A stretch of 64,000 nt of DNA from Octopus sinensis (lineage: Eukaryota), in contig NC_042998.1 in NCBI RefSeq assembly GCF_006345805.1, forward strand, positions 35,650,001 to 35,714,000. The letters are read 5' to 3'. The notes below the pieces were generated by a model, which saw only the letters and a list, made by a program, of their open reading frames with translations, was not told the DNA's origin and did not search any database. The position numbers were made by a program, and so were the translations under genes. Each line of letters starts with the position of its first letter. Position 1 is the stretch's first letter. Shown piece by piece: positions 1 to 13,028 of this stretch.

Positions 1-365
1 AACAACCTTAGTTGCTAACCATGAAATAGACAAAAGCTTTTTTCAGCTTCTTGATCTTCAACGTGGAAAAAACCTACAACCTCCAATGCCAATAAACTAT
101 AATTGTTCCAGAAAGTTGTGTCTTTATACCTCCTATGGACTGCTTGAAGCTTACGAATTTCCTATGCCTAAATTTCTGGATCTTACAATTACATATACTA
201 GGAAACTACCCCATCTATGATGGGTGATAAGAGCAGAGTGCAAACCAAGACAATTTAAGTTGTAATGTACTTATTTTTATTCATTATATTTGATAGTGCC
301 AAACTATATAGTGTACCTTATTGAACAATATATATGTAAACAGTTACATAACACATTCATGGTAC

Positions 366-600
366 TCATCATCATCATCATCAACATCATAGTTTAACGT
401 CCGCTTTCCATGCTTGCATGGGTTGGACGATTTGACTGAGGACTGGCGAACCAGATGGTTGCACCAGGCTCCAATCTTGATCTGGCAGAGTTTCTACAGC
501 TGGATGCCCTTCCTAACGCCAACCACTCTGAGAGTGTAGTGGGTGCTTTTACGTGCCACCAGCACAAGGGCCAGTCAGGCAGTACTGGCAATGGCCACGA
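366..600 (-). mobile_element. (GAT)n-tailed RTE 3'UTR copy, representative of more than 30 copies in the window
   Basis: Conserved block gttggcgttaggaagggcatccagctgtagaaac...ccaacccatgctagcatggaaagcggacgttaaacgatgatgat, on either strand. Other copies near 6.3, 9.6, 10.7, 11.4, 14.0, 16.2, 18.6, 21.2, 25.5, 27.4, 31.0, 36.0, 37.5, 44.9 and 62.2 kb. Confidence 0.9.
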
Positions 601-632
601 AAATATCGTGGTTTTTTTTTTTTATGTGCTAT

Positions 633-1781
633 CTTTGCAAAACCTCTTTGTGAACAATATTCTCCATTTGTCCACAACTAAGTTTCAAATTAGCTGAATC
701 TGTTGCCCTACATACAGCTGGCAGTGCGTGAGCATGGGAGAGGGCAGAAACACACCAACACAATCCAAAGTCTGGCTCTGAGACTTGTTGGCCGTAAAGC
801 AGAAGTCTAATTTGATTGGAAACTGCCTGCGTCGTAAATGAAATGGAATCTGTTTATCTGAAGGCATCAGAAGTATATGAGGTATAAACAGATGTTGTTT
901 GCCAGTGTGAGGAGGACCAGTTGCTATCACTGCTTCGATGACGTGAGAGTTAAGTTCCGTAATAGAGTATCTTGTTCCAATGCAATGTCCATTAGCTGGG
1001 TCAAAATTCCGAAGCAGCATAATCAGACAACCCTTCTTCAAAGTCATTTTTGTGTACTGGTAGTCCTTGATGGATAAAAATCTTTTGTTACATTTTAATT
1101 AACATGTAATATAAAGCACGCATATCATGTCATTCACTGTTTTATACATCGTAGTATGATACATAGTAAGGAAAAGTTACCAGAGCAAAAATCCTAAGTG
1201 TTGACTACAGACACGCTCCTTCGCAAATGATCAACTATTATTCTGTAAACAATGTTTCAAAACTGTTTGTGTTCAGAAGGAGAGATGTGACTCTCACACT
1301 CAGTGTAGGAGGCCCAGGTTGCCAAAGTTACTTCAATCAACAATATTACTCAATAGAGGGGAAAGGGGTTGGTTGGGGTGGGGTGGAGCAGGGGCAGGAA
1401 GAGGAGGTCGGACTGATCTCTGCAGGAGAAGTTAGGCCTCTCTATTCCTCTTACAAAACTTACCTCCGGGTGCCAAATTTACCTCAATTGATGGTATTAC
1501 ACGGGTAGGAGGTAGTGGTGGGACAGGTACAGGGGCAGAGGCAGAATGAGGAGGTCAAGCATGTCCCTTTAGGAGGGTATAGGCCACCATATTCCATCTG
1601 CCAAAGTTACCTCAATTGATGGAATTTCTCTGAAAATAAGGGGTGGGGGAGGGACTAAACCTATATATAAACCACCCTAGAGACCCCCCAAACACCCCTA
1701 CAAATTTTCATGCCGATCGGCCCAAGCATTTGGCCATGATGTGAGTACAGATGGATGGACATTACGCCCATTATAGTATGA
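633..1781 (-). mobile_element. Internally deleted Helitron with PIF1-type helicase C-terminal fragment
   Basis: ORF 685..1047 reads LKKGCLIMLLRN..P..G.C.GTR...RRQFPI...F..T.NKSQ.QTL..VG, followed by ...NIVHKEVL; a 5' A|TC ATACTATAA terminus lies at about 1781. Confidence 0.85.
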
Positions 1782-3344
1782 TAAGCAAAGTAGCTACTTG
1801 TAAAAAGCTTAAAAAGAGATCAGAGTAGTCACTATACAAACAAGTAAAGTTAATTACCACATCAAAGTGGCTACTAGTTTAACCCCAGGCTGATCTTCCT
1901 CTAACTGGTTATCGGTGTAGATATATTTTTTTTCTTTTTATTCTTTTACTTGTTTCAGTCATTTGACTGTGGCCATGCTGGAGCACGGCCTTTAATTGAG
2001 CAACTTGACCCCAGGACTTATTCTTTTTGTAAGCCCAGTACTTATTCTATCGGTCTCTTTTGCCGAAACACACCAGCATCGATTGTCAAGCAATGCAAGG
2101 GGGACAAACACAGACACACAAACATACATATATATACATATATACGACGGGCTTCTTTCAGTTTCCCTCTACCAAATCCACTCACAAGGCTTTGGTTGGC
2201 CCAAGGCCATAGTAGAAGACACTTGCCCAAGGTGCCACGCAGTGGGACTGAACCCGGAACCATGTGGTTGTTAAACAAGCTACTTACCACACAGCCACTC
2301 CTGCACCTATATGTAAATAAATTTCTTTAAAAACATTTATTACTAGCAGGTGAGCGACTAGGTGTTCATGACTGAGGATGAGTAAACTAGCCGAAAACTG
2401 AATCAGTCTTGCAATCCTTTCATTTGCTGGAGGATGGTAGGAGTTTGTTCCCCTGCTGCCAATATATATGTACAGGGTGCAGTGCTGCACCGATAACCAT
2501 CTAGTGGAAGATCTGCCTGGGGTTAAACTAGTAGTAACATGGAACAGCCACATTGATGTGGCGATTAACTTAACTTATATATATATATGTATATCATAGG
2601 ACAAGGCATGGCTGTGTGGTAAGTAGCTTGCTTACCAACCACATGGTTCTGGGTTCAGTCCCACTTCATGGCACCTTGAGCAAGTGTCTTCTACTATAGC
2701 CTCGGGCCAACCAAAGCCATGTGAGTGGATTTGGCAGACAGAAACTGAAAAGAAACCTGTCGTAGGAGTGGCTGTGTGGTAAGAAGCTTGCTTCTCAACC
2801 ACATGGTTCCGGGTTCAGTCCCACTGCTTGGCACCTTGGGCAAGTGTCTTCTACTATTGCCTCGGGTCGACCAAAGCCTTGTGAGTGGATTTGGTTGATG
2901 GAAACTGAAAGAAGCCTGTCATATATATATATGTGTATATGTGTGTATGTGTGTGTTTGTCTTCCCTCCATCTCTTGACAACTGATGTTGGTGTGTTTGC
3001 GTCCCCGTAACTTAGCGGTTCAGCAAAAGAGACCAATAAAAGAAGTATTAGGCTTACAAAGAATAAGCCCTTGGGTCGATTTGCTCGACTAAAGGCAGTG
3101 CTCCAGCATGGCTGCAGTGAAATGACTGAAACAAATAAATGAATAAAAGAATGTGTGTGTGTGTAATTATCATCATCATTTAACATCTGTTCTCCATGTG
3201 GGCATTTGTTGGATGGTTTGACAGGAGCTGGCAAGGCTGGAGAGCTGCACCAGGTTCCATTGTCTGTTTTGGCATTTTTGCTACATCTGGATACCCTTCC
3301 TCACACCGACAACTTTACAGAGTGTACTGGGTGCATTTTATGTA

Positions 3345-3860
3345 GCCCCATCACCAGTGCATCTCATGTAGCACTAGCATCAGTGTCTTTCATGTAGCAT
3401 TAGCATCAGTGTCTTTCATGTAGCATCGTTGCATTTCATGTAGCATAGTGCCTTTCATGTAGCATCAGTGCACTTCATGTAGCCCCATCACCAGTGCATC
3501 TCATGTAGCACTAGCATCAGTGTCTTTCATGTAGCATCGTTGCATTTCATGTAGCATAGTGCCTTTCATGTAGCATCAGTGCACTTCATGTAGCCCCATC
3601 ACCAGTGCATCTCATGTAGCACTAGCATCAGTGTCTTTCATGTTGCATTAGCATCAGTGTCTTTCATGTAGCATCGTTGCATTTCATGTAGCATAGTGCC
3701 TTTCATGTAGCATCAGTGCACTTCATGTAGCCCCATCACCAGTGCATCTCATGTAGCACTAGCATCAGTGCCTTTCATGTAGCATCAGTGCACTTCATGT
3801 AGCCTCATCACCAGTGCAACTCATGTAGCACTAACATCAGTGCCTTTCATGTAGCCCCAG
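3345..3860. repeat. Complex minisatellite (catgtagca-based, higher-order units of ~110-140 bp) inside a (GAT)n-tailed element starting at about 3168
   Basis: The motif catgtagccccatcaccagtgcatctcatgtagcactagcatcagtg recurs four times or more. Confidence 0.9.
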
Positions 3861-5516
3861 CACTAACACAATCACCAAGTACCTTGCATGACAAAAGACC
3901 CTTTAACTAGGAATGGGAGCAGCAATTGAAGGGGTGTGGCTTTGTGACATTTAAGATGGAGGACAGATACGGGTGTCCTTGCTGCAGGGTAGATACATGA
4001 ATACCCCAGTTGGACAAACAAAGGGGAATGAGTTGGAGAGTAAGATACGATGATGATGATGATGATAATGATGAGGATCTACATAATTGATTTCAGCTCA
4101 ATTCTGTTGAGTATTTTAATAGTCTGCTAGGGTTTGCATACACATTGTCTGTTGATCAAATCTTGAAAACTCTAAATTGATTCTAAATGAAGTTAAAATG
4201 CCAAGATTGAATTGTTACTAAAAAGATTTAACATTCTTTGCCATTTTAGAAGTAATTCCTCATCAACTCCAAATATGCAACTGGGTAAGTATTTTCAATT
4301 TTCAATAACTATTATTTTCTTTTTCTTCTTTAATTTCTTTACCTAATAATTCGTTTCTTTTATTACATTGGCATATGGTCGGTCTAACCAGTTTAAACTT
4401 TTCTCCATATGCTGCCAAAAAAATATTTAATTAACTCCTTAAAATAGACATGTACACATATGATGTAAAACTTCAGGTTGTGTGTCTGTGTATACAAAAG
4501 AACTTTATTAACAAATACGCACACACACACATACATACACACACACACATAGATACACACACACACACACAATTATATGAACTTTGCACATCTCAAAAAA
4601 AACAAATCTTTCTCTTGTACTTTACAATCCACAAACAAGTTTACGCTTGTGCACACACGCACACATCATAATCCTTAAGAAAACCGAACACATCCACAAA
4701 TACAACCAGGTATCTACGCAATCATCATAAACACACACATATTTATATATACATGTATACATACCCAACACACATCAACTCAGACGCACATGTATGCCAT
4801 CTCTTAATTGTTTAACAGCATTCCCTTTAACTAACCCATGCTAGCATGGAAAGCGGACGTTAAACGATGATGATGATTTCTGAATACTTACAGGTCCTTA
4901 TCAATGTCAACATAATGTCAGCATTGTGACAGAATATAGAGAGTTGCTGGTCAGGTCTATTTTAACATCATCCTAATGATTTAAAAAGTGCTAACACACT
5001 ATCTTAAAGGTAGCATTTCACACTGGCATTGCCTCAATCAGCTCTACCCTACCCACTCACCCAATCAAACCTCTGTTATCCCACTTATTCTCACCACTCC
5101 CAATGTCTTGACTCATCTTCACCACCATCTCTCTCACTATTGCCCTCTTTATCATACTCTCTAACCCACCCACTTTCTTTATCTTACTAACCCACCTACC
5201 CCTTTCTTTTCCAACTGCAACATCCATGTATCTACTCTACAGCAGGATATCTACCCCTGTCCTTTTATACCTCTAATTTCTCATCAACTGGCACAAAGCC
5301 ATCACCCCACTCACTACAACTCCCTCCACCCAGCCAAGAGGGGTTTTGTATTACAAGTTACTCAGTGACCCGGTCTGTGCTGGTGGCACATAAAAGGCTC
5401 TGTAGAGCACCCAGTACACTTTCTAAAGTGGTTGGCATTAGGAAGGGCGTCCAGTCATAGAAACCATTCCAAAACAGACAACTGGAGCCCGATACAGCTC
5501 TTCAGCTTGCCAGCTC

Positions 5517-5818
5517 TTGGAGTAAAGATTGTTTGCCAACATAACATGGCAGTCCTGGTTTAGGACGAATGTTGCTGTAATTTAATCCCAGGAGACATTG
5601 TCTCCAGCTGGCTATACAACACGATCTTTGTCCTTAGATTTTTTTTATGTAAGGACACAGATTGTGCCATATAGCCAGCTGGAGACAATGTCTCTGGGGC
5701 TAAATTACAGCAACATTCATCCTAAACCAGGACTGCCATGTTATGTTGGCAAACAATCTTTACTCCAAAGTACTGTTGCTGAATATCTCTCGTTGTGAGA
5801 TTTACAAATAGTAATTTT
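5517..5818. mobile_element. Foldback element, copy 1
   Basis: ~115-bp inverted arms (5517 to 5768) plus a conserved ~50-nt right-hand extension. Confidence 0.85.
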
Positions 5819-7302
5819 ACCAACTCTTGTTGAGCCATCTAACCCATGCCAGTATGAAAAAATGGATGTTATATGCTTCTGATGATGAGCAATTAATTAG
5901 TGCATAATTTTCCGTGAGTGTAAAAAGAGTAAATAGTGAAATACATGAAAAAGTATGGGGTGGGGTGAAGGAAAAATAGAAATTGAGAATCACTGACATA
6001 GCGGTGCCCCAGCATGGCCAGAGCTCATAAGCTGACACAAGTAAAACAATTCTTTGTTGGCTCTAAACATATCTGTTGTTGTTTCGTTGCAAGCGAACCT
6101 TGATTGAATAAACATGTGATTAAGTCCTTCTAGCCATGACCATCTACCTTTTGTATATTAATGACAACATCCTCTTTTTTCCCATTTTTTACACAAATGA
6201 TTTATAAAATATCATTTGGATGGCATTAGGAAGGGCATCAAGCAGTCGAAACCTTACCAAATCAGATTGGAACCTGGTGCAGTCTCCTGGCTTGCCAGTC
6301 CCCAGTCAAACCGTCCAACCCATGCCAGCATGGAAAGCAGACGTTAAACAATGGTGATGGTGATGATGATGATGATGATGATGAAATTATAGAAATGGGA
6401 ACAGCTTTAAATAATCACCTTTTTTTACCACCTTCACTCTGATTCTCATCTTAGTCACTTCTACGGAATTGGATTTCTTAGAGGCTCCGTTTTTCTTATG
6501 TTACCTCTTCTTGAAAGCTTTTAGTTATATCTCAAAAGCAAAATACTTTATCTCTCTGTTTACAGCCTCCATCCATCACAAATAATCTGTATTACAAATT
6601 TCTCATGCATTTGTCCTGATACATATGAAGGGATTACTTTGAAAACCAGAAACATGCATCATCAGAATGACTTTTGTGGTTTAGGTGTAACACTCACAAT
6701 CACAAGATCATGGTTTCAATTTCCAGACCAGGTGGTGCGTTGTGTTCTTGAGCAAAATACTTCAGTTCATCATCTTACATGCAGTACATTATGCACCTGT
6801 TCAGGTAATGTCGATTTGATGGAGGGAGTGATTTTATGTGAGGCACAAACATTCGATCACTAGAAACAAATCACCTGTGCAGGATGTTGAGTAACGAATT
6901 ACAGAATCCTCATCAGTCATCGATGATGGGAGAGTCCACCAATGCAGTGTGATGATGCAGAATAGAGAGCTGAAAATAATGAGTGCAGATCTATAAAAAA
7001 AAGGGTTAAATATGATGCAGGTATGAAAGGCAGAGCAGAAATTACTTGGCACCTGTCGTGTGTTATAGACATTAACTAGTCTACAGAAATGGTGGTGCTA
7101 GTATGGGCAGGTGATATTAATGGATAAGAACTCGTGGGAGTGAAAATATAATAGGATAACAGTGTGAGGGGCAGATGAGAAATGCAAAGCGGAGAAGTCT
7201 GAAATGAGAAACTGAACCATTGAGGTGCAAAATTATTCATATGACACACCTCAGTCCTACGCACTGTATGCTAATATAGGAAATTGGACATTAGATTAAC
7301 AA

Positions 7303-7470
7303 CAATGATGTTGATGATGATGATGATGATGACGATGGTGACGATGACGGTGATGACGATGATGATGACAATGATGATGACGACGATGATGATGATGGTG
7401 ACAATGATGAAAGTGACGACAGTGATGATGATGATAATGAAGATGATGACGATAACGATGATGATGATAA
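7303..7470. repeat. Imperfect (GAT/GAC)n microsatellite
   Basis: Direct reading; it explains the poly-M/S/H ORFs. Confidence 0.95.
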
Positions 7471-7767
7471 TTTTTCAATCTCTGTCATGTACTTAGACAC
7501 ACATCAAACTAATATACCTTCAGTATTGAGCTAACTTAAAGGAATGCAACAATAAAGCGAAACTAATTACTGTATTAATAAAGGATTTAATTAGCGAAAA
7601 GGAAATTGTATTTTGTACATTCTTTTCATTCCTAATCATTTCTTTCTTCTTTTGTTTCTTTTTTAAATAATAGAGTTGAAAATAGTAAATGAAGAATATG
7701 TGAGGACATCAGTTCTTGTAACTATCCACATATCTACTCTACACCAAAAAAAACACCTTTGTCTGTG

Positions 7768-9110
7768 TAAGGGTCGGGTGAAAAGTTCATAGGCTGACCA
7801 AGGAGTGAGGTTTATTTCTCAACATAGTGCTCCTTGTGGTCAGCACACTTCTTCCATCAGTGTTGCAGTTCTTGGATCCTGTTGGTGAAGAAGCTCTCAT
7901 CCTGTTGGTCAAAAAAGTCATCAACAGCAGACATGATACCATCTTCACTGCAATACTCGTTCTCAGTCAAATGTTTTTATTGTGTTTTGGGGAACAGATG
8001 ATAGTCAGATGGGGCCAAAATCAGGAGAATAGGGAAGCTGATCAACCAGTTCAAAGCCACAGTCAAGCACAGCAACCATTGAAACCAAGGACTTCCATGC
8101 TGGAACATTGTCCTGATGAAACAAGACCCCTTTCAGCAGTTTTCCTGTGTGTTTAGTCTTGATAGCCTTTTGTAGCAGTTCAAGAATTTGGACCTGGAGA
8201 TCTCCATATCCAGTGACTTCGAGGGCCACATCCTAGTGGTGTCGTCAACAAAGAGCCCTCGACTACAAGACAACCAAAGTTTTTTTTTTTTCCCAAGGTC
8301 TGGGGTTTCCCACCCCTAAGCCTGAGACCATTACCTAATCACCCTTACCTGTCTTGTTGCTTAACAACAATAGCCTTTTGTAACTGCCCCAGCAAGTTGC
8401 CATAGTACTCTCCATTGATGGTATGGCCCTTTTGAAGACAGTCAATAAACACAATGCCTTCTGCCTTCCAAAAAACTGAGGCCACCACCTTCCCTGCAGA
8501 TGAAACAACCTTGGCCTTCTTTGGAGCAGGTGATGAGGGGTGTTGCCACTGCATGGATTGTCTCTTGGTCTCTGACTCAAAGTGATGAATCTACCACACA
8601 TCCTAGGTTAGGAAATGTTCAAAGAAACCAGCTGGATCTGCCCCAAACAATGTCAGATTTTCCTGTGATGTGATCAGTTTGGTATGCCTTTGGTCAGTTG
8701 TCAGAAGACGTGGCGCCCACCGGACAGAAACCTTCCTCATGCCCAGTTTGTTGCGCAGAATATTCTCAACTCCCTCACAAGATATGCTAAGAGCATTGGG
8801 TGTTTGATTTATGGTCATTCACCCATCATCCATCACCATGTGGAGAACACAATCAATATTTTCCTTGGTGGTGGTCATCTTCAAAACTCTCCCTTCTTCT
8901 CCCAAATTCAGCTGTCCACTTTTGCACTGTTGATAAAGCTGGAGTGTCCATCCCCTAATTTTACAACCATATCAACATGCATGTCATTGGGGGCTAAGCC
9001 CTTTTTCAGCAAATACTTGATAACACCACATTATGAAACTTTGTTCATTTTCAAAAGAAGCTGGTACTATTTACATTTGAAGTCTTCTTTGACCAATCAA
9101 ATGTCAGTTT
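7768..9110 (-). mobile_element. Degenerate mariner transposon (transposase pseudogene)
   Basis: Fragments VIKYLLKKGL, VRWAPRLLT.DQ, KAKVVSSAGKVVASVFW, FHQDN.P, PYSPD; TIR-like taagggtcgggtgaaaagttcataggctgacc at 7768; frameshifts and an insertion near 8190-8345. Confidence 0.9.
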
Positions 9111-9144
9111 ACTTGGAAAGAAACAATGCAAGAAGAGTTGAAGA

Positions 9145-9375
9145 GGCGGCGAGCTGGCAGAAACGTTAGCACGCCAGGCAAAATGCGTAGCCGTATTTCG
9201 TCAGCCGTTACGTTCTGAGTTCAAATTCCGCAGAGGTCGACTTTGTCTTTCATCCTTTCGGGGTCGATTAAATAAGTACCTGTTACGCACTGGGGTCGAT
9301 ATAATCGACTTAATCCATTTGTCTGTCTTTGTTTGTCCCCTCTGTGTTTAGCCCCTAGTGGGTAGTAAAGAAACA
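9145..9375 (+). mobile_element. SINE-like family (gagctggcagaaacgttagc...gttcaaattcc...ggggtcgat...), representative copy
   Basis: Same sequence at about 46920-47120(-), 50890-51080(-), 53390-53620(-) and 63842-64000(+); box-B-like gagttcaaatt. Confidence 0.8.
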
Positions 9376-10136
9376 AATAAGATTTGGAATTAATGCATGC
9401 AAGATTTTACAGCTCTAGCATCATTCCTTCCTTGTCAGACTACGAACTTTCCAAACCTTAAATCTCTCCACTGGCACAAGCCACATCCCTTCCATACTAC
9501 CCTCACACACCCCACCCCCAGTGATTCTGTCAGTGCTAGTGCCATGTATAAAGCACCCTGACCACTCTGTAAAGTGGTTGGAGTTAGGAAGGGCGTTCAG
9601 CTGTAGAAATCGTGCCAAAAGAGACAAATGGAGCCTGGTATGGCTCCTGGCTTTGCTAGCTCCAGTTAAACTGTCCAACCCATGCCAGCATAGAAAACAG
9701 ACGTTAAATCATCATCATCATCACCACCATCATCAAGGTAGCAGTAACAATACAATCAACAGAAATCCTGACAATACTTTACAATGGTCAAAGTTTCTTT
9801 GAGTACAAACTCTGCTTGTCCTAAATAGTTATCATTGTCGAAAGACTTGAGAACTGAGGATTTAAGAACTTTCAAGAGAATTGGTAAATATATACAGCAA
9901 GAATATACTTAGTCAAGTATATTTCTCCTCTTCTTCAGAAATTAACCCTAGTCAAAAGAAAAATCGTTTCACCATCATCATCATGCCACCAACATAATCA
10001 TCACCTTTAAAAATATTATCACAAGAGGCTGTTATGACTGATCGAATGTTGAGCATTTTGGTTCAAAAATCACGAGTTACATCTTCCAATTCCCTCTACA
10101 ACACCAATCTTAAGAAGTCTATTAAGGGTTAGGGTA

Positions 10137-10512
10137 AGGATGACCTGGGTATTATTGTCAACAGCAATTTGCACTGGACAAACCACATCTCTAAGATTGT
10201 CAAGAAGGCCAAGGGTGTCTTAATATCACTCAGTAAGACCTTTGTCCCCTGCTCTCCAGCTAGCTGCTCAAAGCTAAGGTACATCCTCATTTAGAGTTTG
10301 CATCACCAGCCTGGAACCCCTATTTTGCTCAGAATATCAATCTGCTGGAAATTGTTTAGAAGCATGCAACCAAACAAATACCCACCATCAGGCATCCATC
10401 ACACTCTGAACATCTTGTTTCCTGAACATGAACACATTAAAGCCCCGACATCTGACATCCATTTCAGTAGACACCCACAAGATTATCCACCATCTTTCCA
10501 ACAACAATCTTG
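10137..10512 (+). mobile_element. CR1/L2-group LINE RT C-terminal relic
   Basis: KDDLGIIVNSNLHWTNHISKIVKKA and HLEFASPAWNPY. Confidence 0.75.
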
Positions 10513-12636
10513 AGCATCTGCTTACAAGGCTTTGGTGGACCAAGGGCTAAAGTAGAATGTACTTAGCCAACGTGCCACATAGTAAGATTGAACCAGAAAA
10601 ATGTGTTTAAGAAGCAAACTTCTTACTACACAACCATGCTTGTGTCTATGTGTGTGTGTGTGTGTGTGCGTGTGTGTATATCATCATCATCATCATCACC
10701 ATCGTTGTTTAATGTCCGCTTTCCATGCTAGCATGGGCTGGATGGTTTGACTGAGGATTGGCAAGCCAAGGGTCTGTACTGGATTCCAATCTGATCAGGC
10801 AAGGTTTCTACAGCTGGATGCCCTTCCTAATGCCAACCACTCCTAGAGTGTAGTGGGTGCTTTTTACGTGCCACCAGCGCAGGATCCAGTCAGGAGGGCA
10901 TCACTAATGTACCTGAAGAGACCCAGAAGGGGTTGAAACATGTGTTGTACCCAATAAAGCCTATTACACATTCCATCTCCTATTTTATTAATATTGTTAC
11001 CTCAACCGCTACTACAAAGTTCCTGCAATAAATCTACGGATAACAACAGGTAATTGAAACTGTACCAATGCTTTACTCATCATCCACTCATACATTTTCT
11101 ATAATTCTTCCATTATATATATATACTCTTTTGCTTGTTTCAGTCATTTGACTGTGGCTATGCTGGAGCACCCCCTTTAGTCAAGCAAATCAACCTCAGG
11201 ACTTATTCTTTGTAAGCCTAGTACTTATTCTATCAGTCTCTTTTGCTGAAATGCTAAGTTACAGGGACGTAAACACACCAGCATCGGTTGTCAAGCAATG
11301 TTGGAGGGACAAACACAGACACACAAACATATACACACACATATACATCATCATCATCATTGTTTAACGTCCGCTTTCCATGCTAGCATGGTTTGGAGGA
11401 TTTTGACTGAGGGCTGGCGAACCAGATGACTGCAGTAGGCTCCAATCTTGATCTGGCAGAGTTTCTACAGCTGGATGCCCTTCCTAACGCCAACCACTCC
11501 GAGAGTGTAGTGGGTGCATTTTACGTGCCACCGGCACGGGGGCCAGTCAAGCGGGACTGGCAATGACCTTGCTCGAATCTTTTTACATGTGCCAGTGAAG
11601 CGGCGTTGGTAATGATCATGCTCGAATGGTGCCCTTTTACGTGCCACGGGCATGGAAGTCAGTTGGCTGCTCTGGTAACGATCACGCTCGGATGGTGCTC
11701 TTGGCACCCTACTAGCAATTGCACAAGTGCCAGTAAGGCGACACTGGTAACGATCATACTTAAATGGTGCCCTTTTATGTGCCACTGGCACGGAAGCTGG
11801 TTAGTCGTTCTATCAACGATCACACTCGTATGGTGTTCTTTGCACCCCGCTAGCATGGATGCCAGTCGTTGAATTTGATTTTGATTTGATTTCACTGGCC
11901 TCAACAGGTCTTCGCAAAGAGAGTTTAGTGACCAAAGAAGGAAAAGGTATGCATAAATGGGCTGGTTACGCTCCTGGCATAGGCCACAGGTTATCGTCTC
12001 ATTTGGCTTGCCAGGTCTTCTCAAGCACAGCATATTTCCAAAAGTCTCAATACATATATATACATATATACAACAAGCTTCTTTCAGTTTCCATCTACCA
12101 AATCCACTCACAAGGCTTTGGTCAGCTATAGTAGAAGATACTTGCCCAAGGTGCCAAGCAGTGGGACTGAACCTGGAACTATGTGGTTCGTAAGCAAGTT
12201 ACTTACCACACAGCCACTCCTATATATATATATATGACATTTTTCATGTGAACCAAAGAGAAAAAATATGAGATAGATATGGTATATAATTTTTTTTTTG
12301 TGCAGGGGTTCCTTGAGACATGTAATTTATTTTAAGGGTTACGCAAGGATAAAAAGGGTCAAGAAACACTGCTCTACATGGTTGCTCCACCTGCCTGGAA
12401 TTACTCTGAAGTCACCTTACCAACTGAAAAACAGAAATACACTTTGAACAATATTTCCCTAGGTATACTAGGTATTATCACAAGACTGGATGGCCATGGC
12501 TGGAACCTCAAGACTATTGATTAGGGTTAAACAACAACAGCACCAGCTCCAGCAAGGTTTGAACTTATGACATCTGATGAGTTACCCACCACTTTACTAT
12601 CAAAAGCCACTACGCACGTCTGTTTAATTCACTTAT

Positions 12637-12642
12637 TTTATT
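12637..12642 (-). terminator. Candidate SPOUT1 polyadenylation signal AATAAA
   Basis: TTTATT on the + strand about 330 nt downstream of the stop codon; AT-rich context, so only a candidate. Confidence 0.35.
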
Positions 12643-12968
12643 TAAAATAACATCATTCTTCTTTGTTTAATACAACAGAACGTTGACCTTTGATGATAAA
12701 GAAAAAAGAAAATTTCTTTTGTTATGTAAATGAAATGAGAAGTACATGAAAAGGATTTTTTTTTCTTTCCTTCTTAACTTTGCAAATTGGTGAATTAGCA
12801 AATTTATCTGCTCAGAAATAATTTACACTCGACACATTCAGGATCATTGAAAAACAGTTGTATGAAAATATATATGAATAGAAAATATAAGCTTCAAGGA
12901 GACATTATTGCAAAAAAAATGTTCAACAGTTCTTCAGCATAAGAAATACTTTGCTCATTCCAGGAATG

Positions 12969-13028
12969 TCATCTCTGGGCCAGATCTATTTTGGGTCTTA
13001 AAGCTGACATCGTTATTAGAATGGCTTC
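12969..13028 (-). CDS. SPOUT1: SPOUT1 last coding exon (EAILITMSALRPKIDLAQR*)
   Basis: Long poly-T tract plus TTTCAG acceptor; completes the conserved RTEEAIL motif; TGA at 12969-12971. Confidence 0.95.
   Translation of the reverse strand, partial: EAILITMSALRPKIDLAQR

Noticed and set aside
455-697. Recurrent ORFs of the type FLQLDALPNANHSESVVGAF (dozens in the ORF track)
   Set aside because: These are antisense translations of the conserved RTE 3' block, not a protein family.
6945-6995. Box C/D snoRNA (TGATGA...CTGA)
   Set aside because: Box spacing is too short, there is no terminal stem or recognisable guide, and it is not in an identified intron.
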